DNA of 64,000 nt from Octopus sinensis (lineage: Eukaryota). Of this stretch, positions 61,448 to 64,000 are shown in pieces. Each line of letters starts with the position of its first letter. The stretch's first letter is position 1. The stretch covers positions 124,001 to 188,000 of the forward strand of contig NW_021832829.1 in NCBI RefSeq assembly GCF_006345805.1, read 5' to 3'. A program made the position numbers and the translations under genes. Below the pieces are notes generated by a model. It was not told where the DNA came from. It saw nothing but the letters and a program-made list of their open reading frames with translations, and made no database searches.

Positions 61448-62411
61448 GTCTAGAATAATTATTATCAATTTCACCTGAATCAATATTGGTATTAGATTGT
61501 AACATTTTCTAAAGGAATTATACAAAATGATCAATGCCTTGAATTTGTCAAAATCAATGTCAAAACCCAACTCTGATTCTACAAAAATAATTTCATTAGA
61601 GAAAATTACCAGAAATCTGTAGAAAATCTGTTAGTACATCTTTAATTAAAACGACGAGCCTTTTCTACAATATATTTGTATACTAAATAGAAACTTTTTC
61701 AGTAATATTAGAATCAGCAAAAACATGTCTAGAGAAAAGTAAAGCCAGATAAAGCATTAAAGAATGACAAAATTGATCCATTTATGAAAATTGACATCGT
61801 TATTCATACTTTATTAGAAATTTAGAGATTTCAAGAATAATAGAACAGAGATTGGCAGTAATGTAGGGAAACGCTACTTGTCACTTGTTATCACTTTGTA
61901 AATAAATTTTTCCTAAGATTAAGTCAAAAAATTGCAAGAAATCAAAAAAGATCTCGCATTGCCTAATACTGTCAAATAATTAGCTTTCTTTTTTTGATTT
62001 TTCGCCTTTGGCTGTTTTATTAAGAATTCGTTCTCGATTTATGGCATATCAGTAATAATTTTTATAAAGCATCTTTGCCTTAAAAATTCTTCAATATTTC
62101 CTTAAAATTTTTTCAATATGATCAAGTTGGTTTGCTCTAGGAAACCGGCCTGAAGAAATTGAGAAGTTCTTATAAGTCAGCCTCAATTCGCGTATCCCTT
62201 ATCAAGTTTAAAATAACTAAGGAAAAAAATTATTCAATTAATAGATAATGTTGTTTATCGAGGAATAATCTTTATATCTCTGAATCCTTTGATAAAAAGC
62301 ATACTCAACATTTAGTCTTTAGTCTCGCACAACGGACTGATTTTAAATTGATTAAAATTCTTTTTCGCAGACATTGTTTATTAGTAAATCAAAACAAGCT
62401 TAAATAAAATT
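61448..62411 (-). repeat. Second copy of the dispersed repeat; probably extends to about 60900
   Basis: Reverse complement of 37157-38127; retains the empty TTCTAGAC site. Confidence 0.93.
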
Positions 62412-62475
62412 ATCTATTCGTGCGTGTCTATACCATTTTCAGTTCAAGTTTGACATTTTTTATACCAATTTTGAA

Positions 62476-63905
62476 AATGCGACGTTCAATTTTGACACTT
62501 TTTGCATCAATTTTGACAATGCAATAAGCAATATTGGCATTTTTTACATCGGCTTTGACAATGCGATATTAAATTTTGATACTTTTTGCATCAATTTTGA
62601 CAATGCAATAAGCAATATTGACATTTTTTACATCGGTTTTGACAATGCAATATTCAATTTTGACACTTTTTAGATCAATTTTGACAAATATTTTTATAAC
62701 GAACACACATAAGGACTTTTCTATGCGGCTAAATCAAGATGAGAGTTAATAAAGACAATTTATTAATCAGGTCAGGTTAATGGAATCCCAATCGTACAAT
62801 TCGCAATAATTTTTTCTGCATTTCTGTAAAAATTCCGTATTTTCTCGCGAGTTAGATTTGTCATAGAATATTCTAAGGCATTTTGTAATAATAGTGCTCG
62901 AAATTCCGTCAGCGTTCCATTTCCTGCTGCATGAACATCGTTATGAGGATTATTGTGATTGGATAAATATGTCTTAATCCCAGCCCTGATAATCGAAAAG
63001 CAGCCTTCGCATGGATTTAGCTGCGGAGAATATGGTGCATCAAATCTTATAATTGTATGTTCTACTCTCACGCCTTCAAAATTTCCTTGTTTTTTTTATA
63101 TATTGGAGCATTATCCATATAAATAATAATTTCCTCTCCAGCTAAACTGTCAGATAATGCCGTCATAAAATTGCAAAATTTCGATTTTATAGATCCAATG
63201 TGTGATTCAAATCTCACAATTGTTCCATTGTCATCAATTGCCAAAATAACGTTAAGATTCACTCCTTTGCTTCCCCTTACTGGAACTATCGCACGTGATC
63301 CTGTAAAGGATCGGCCGAATTTTTTTAACGTAAAAAGATTAAAATTTGTTTCGTCCAAATGTATTTTTCTATTTGTATTACGTTGATAATCCAATGAAAA
63401 TATTTTTCTTTTTTCTATATTTTCCGGACTATTCCTAGAAATTGGTTCTCTTCGCAGCATTTTGTAGGTAATCAATCGCCCATCAAATCGGTTATATATT
63501 GTCGCAATACAAACTTTATTATTTACCCATTTTCCTAATTCCTTCAATGTTATCGATGGATTATTCTCAATTGTTTCAATTATCAAATTCATATCATCAT
63601 CCGTAAGTTTTATCGTAGCATCCCTTCTACCTCCACGTTTACAAAGATAGGGATTTCCACTGTTTACAATGGCTATAGCTGTTGTCCTCTTGACACCAAG
63701 ATCGCGAGCAAGCTGTATATAATCGCCGCCCTCTTCATCCTTATTTATAAGTGCTCTTCTTGTAGCTTCTAACACTCTTGAATTTTTTCTTGACATAAAA
63801 TTCGTACAGGGACGGCGAATCAGAAAATATAAAATAAATGACAAATCGGAAAAAGTCAAAATTGATGATGCAAAAAGTGTCAAAATTGAATGTCGCATTG
63901 TCAAA
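62476..63905 (-). mobile_element. IS630/Tc1-type transposon with one frameshift and subterminal repeat arrays
   Basis: CDS 63796-62772: HTH, HLDETNF, YMDNAPI and YSPQLNPCE, with a frameshift in an A8 run. 84-bp tandem units at 62476-62687 have an inverted partial copy at 63855-63905. True TIR ends were not pinned down. Confidence 0.85.
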
Positions 63906-64000
63906 TTTGTTTGGAGAAAGAACGAACTGTGTCAATTTCATCTGCTAATTTAGAGCTGGACATTGGCACAATCGAAATTTCGCTCATCGAATTTTTTATC

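Noticed and set aside
62476-62687. CRISPR-like array
   Set aside because: These are contiguous 84-bp tandem units with no unique spacers, in eukaryotic context, forming a transposon end.

Overview
AT-rich eukaryotic (animal-like) genomic DNA. Compact host genes, split by very short GT-AG introns (mostly 22-33 nt), alternate with blocks of decayed and nested transposons. Host genes I can support: SIN3, an intronless galactose-3-O-sulfotransferase, a large TPR protein, a myosin light chain, POP5, CC2D1/Lgd, a 3-unit polyubiquitin, RPL22, MRPS28, ROPN1L, an EF-hand/WD40 protein (WDR49-like) and LTV1. Tiny introns plus metazoan-type and ciliary genes suggest a reduced ciliated animal such as a dicyemid; this is inference only. 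The main hidden structure is at 39.7-47.3 kb: a meiotic HORMAD gene with a Hop1-type layout (HORMA, PHD, winged helix, closure-like motif) that is readable only after removing two TSD-flanked retrotransposons. One is an antisense APE-RT LINE carrying a 2A StopGo peptide, inserted into a 25-nt intron. The other is a CRE-type element inserted in frame into the PHD exon. At 25.3-31.3 kb is a four-level nest: pogo/Tigger > IR/DR Tc1 > TGT..ACA TIR element with 5-bp TSD > copy of its own flank plus a LINE. An inverted dispersed repeat 24 kb apart contains a 496-bp perfectly identical tract. No rRNA, tRNA or CRISPR was recognised. Exon boundaries were read by eye, outer gene coordinates are approximate, and frameshifts in homopolymer runs may be sequencing errors.
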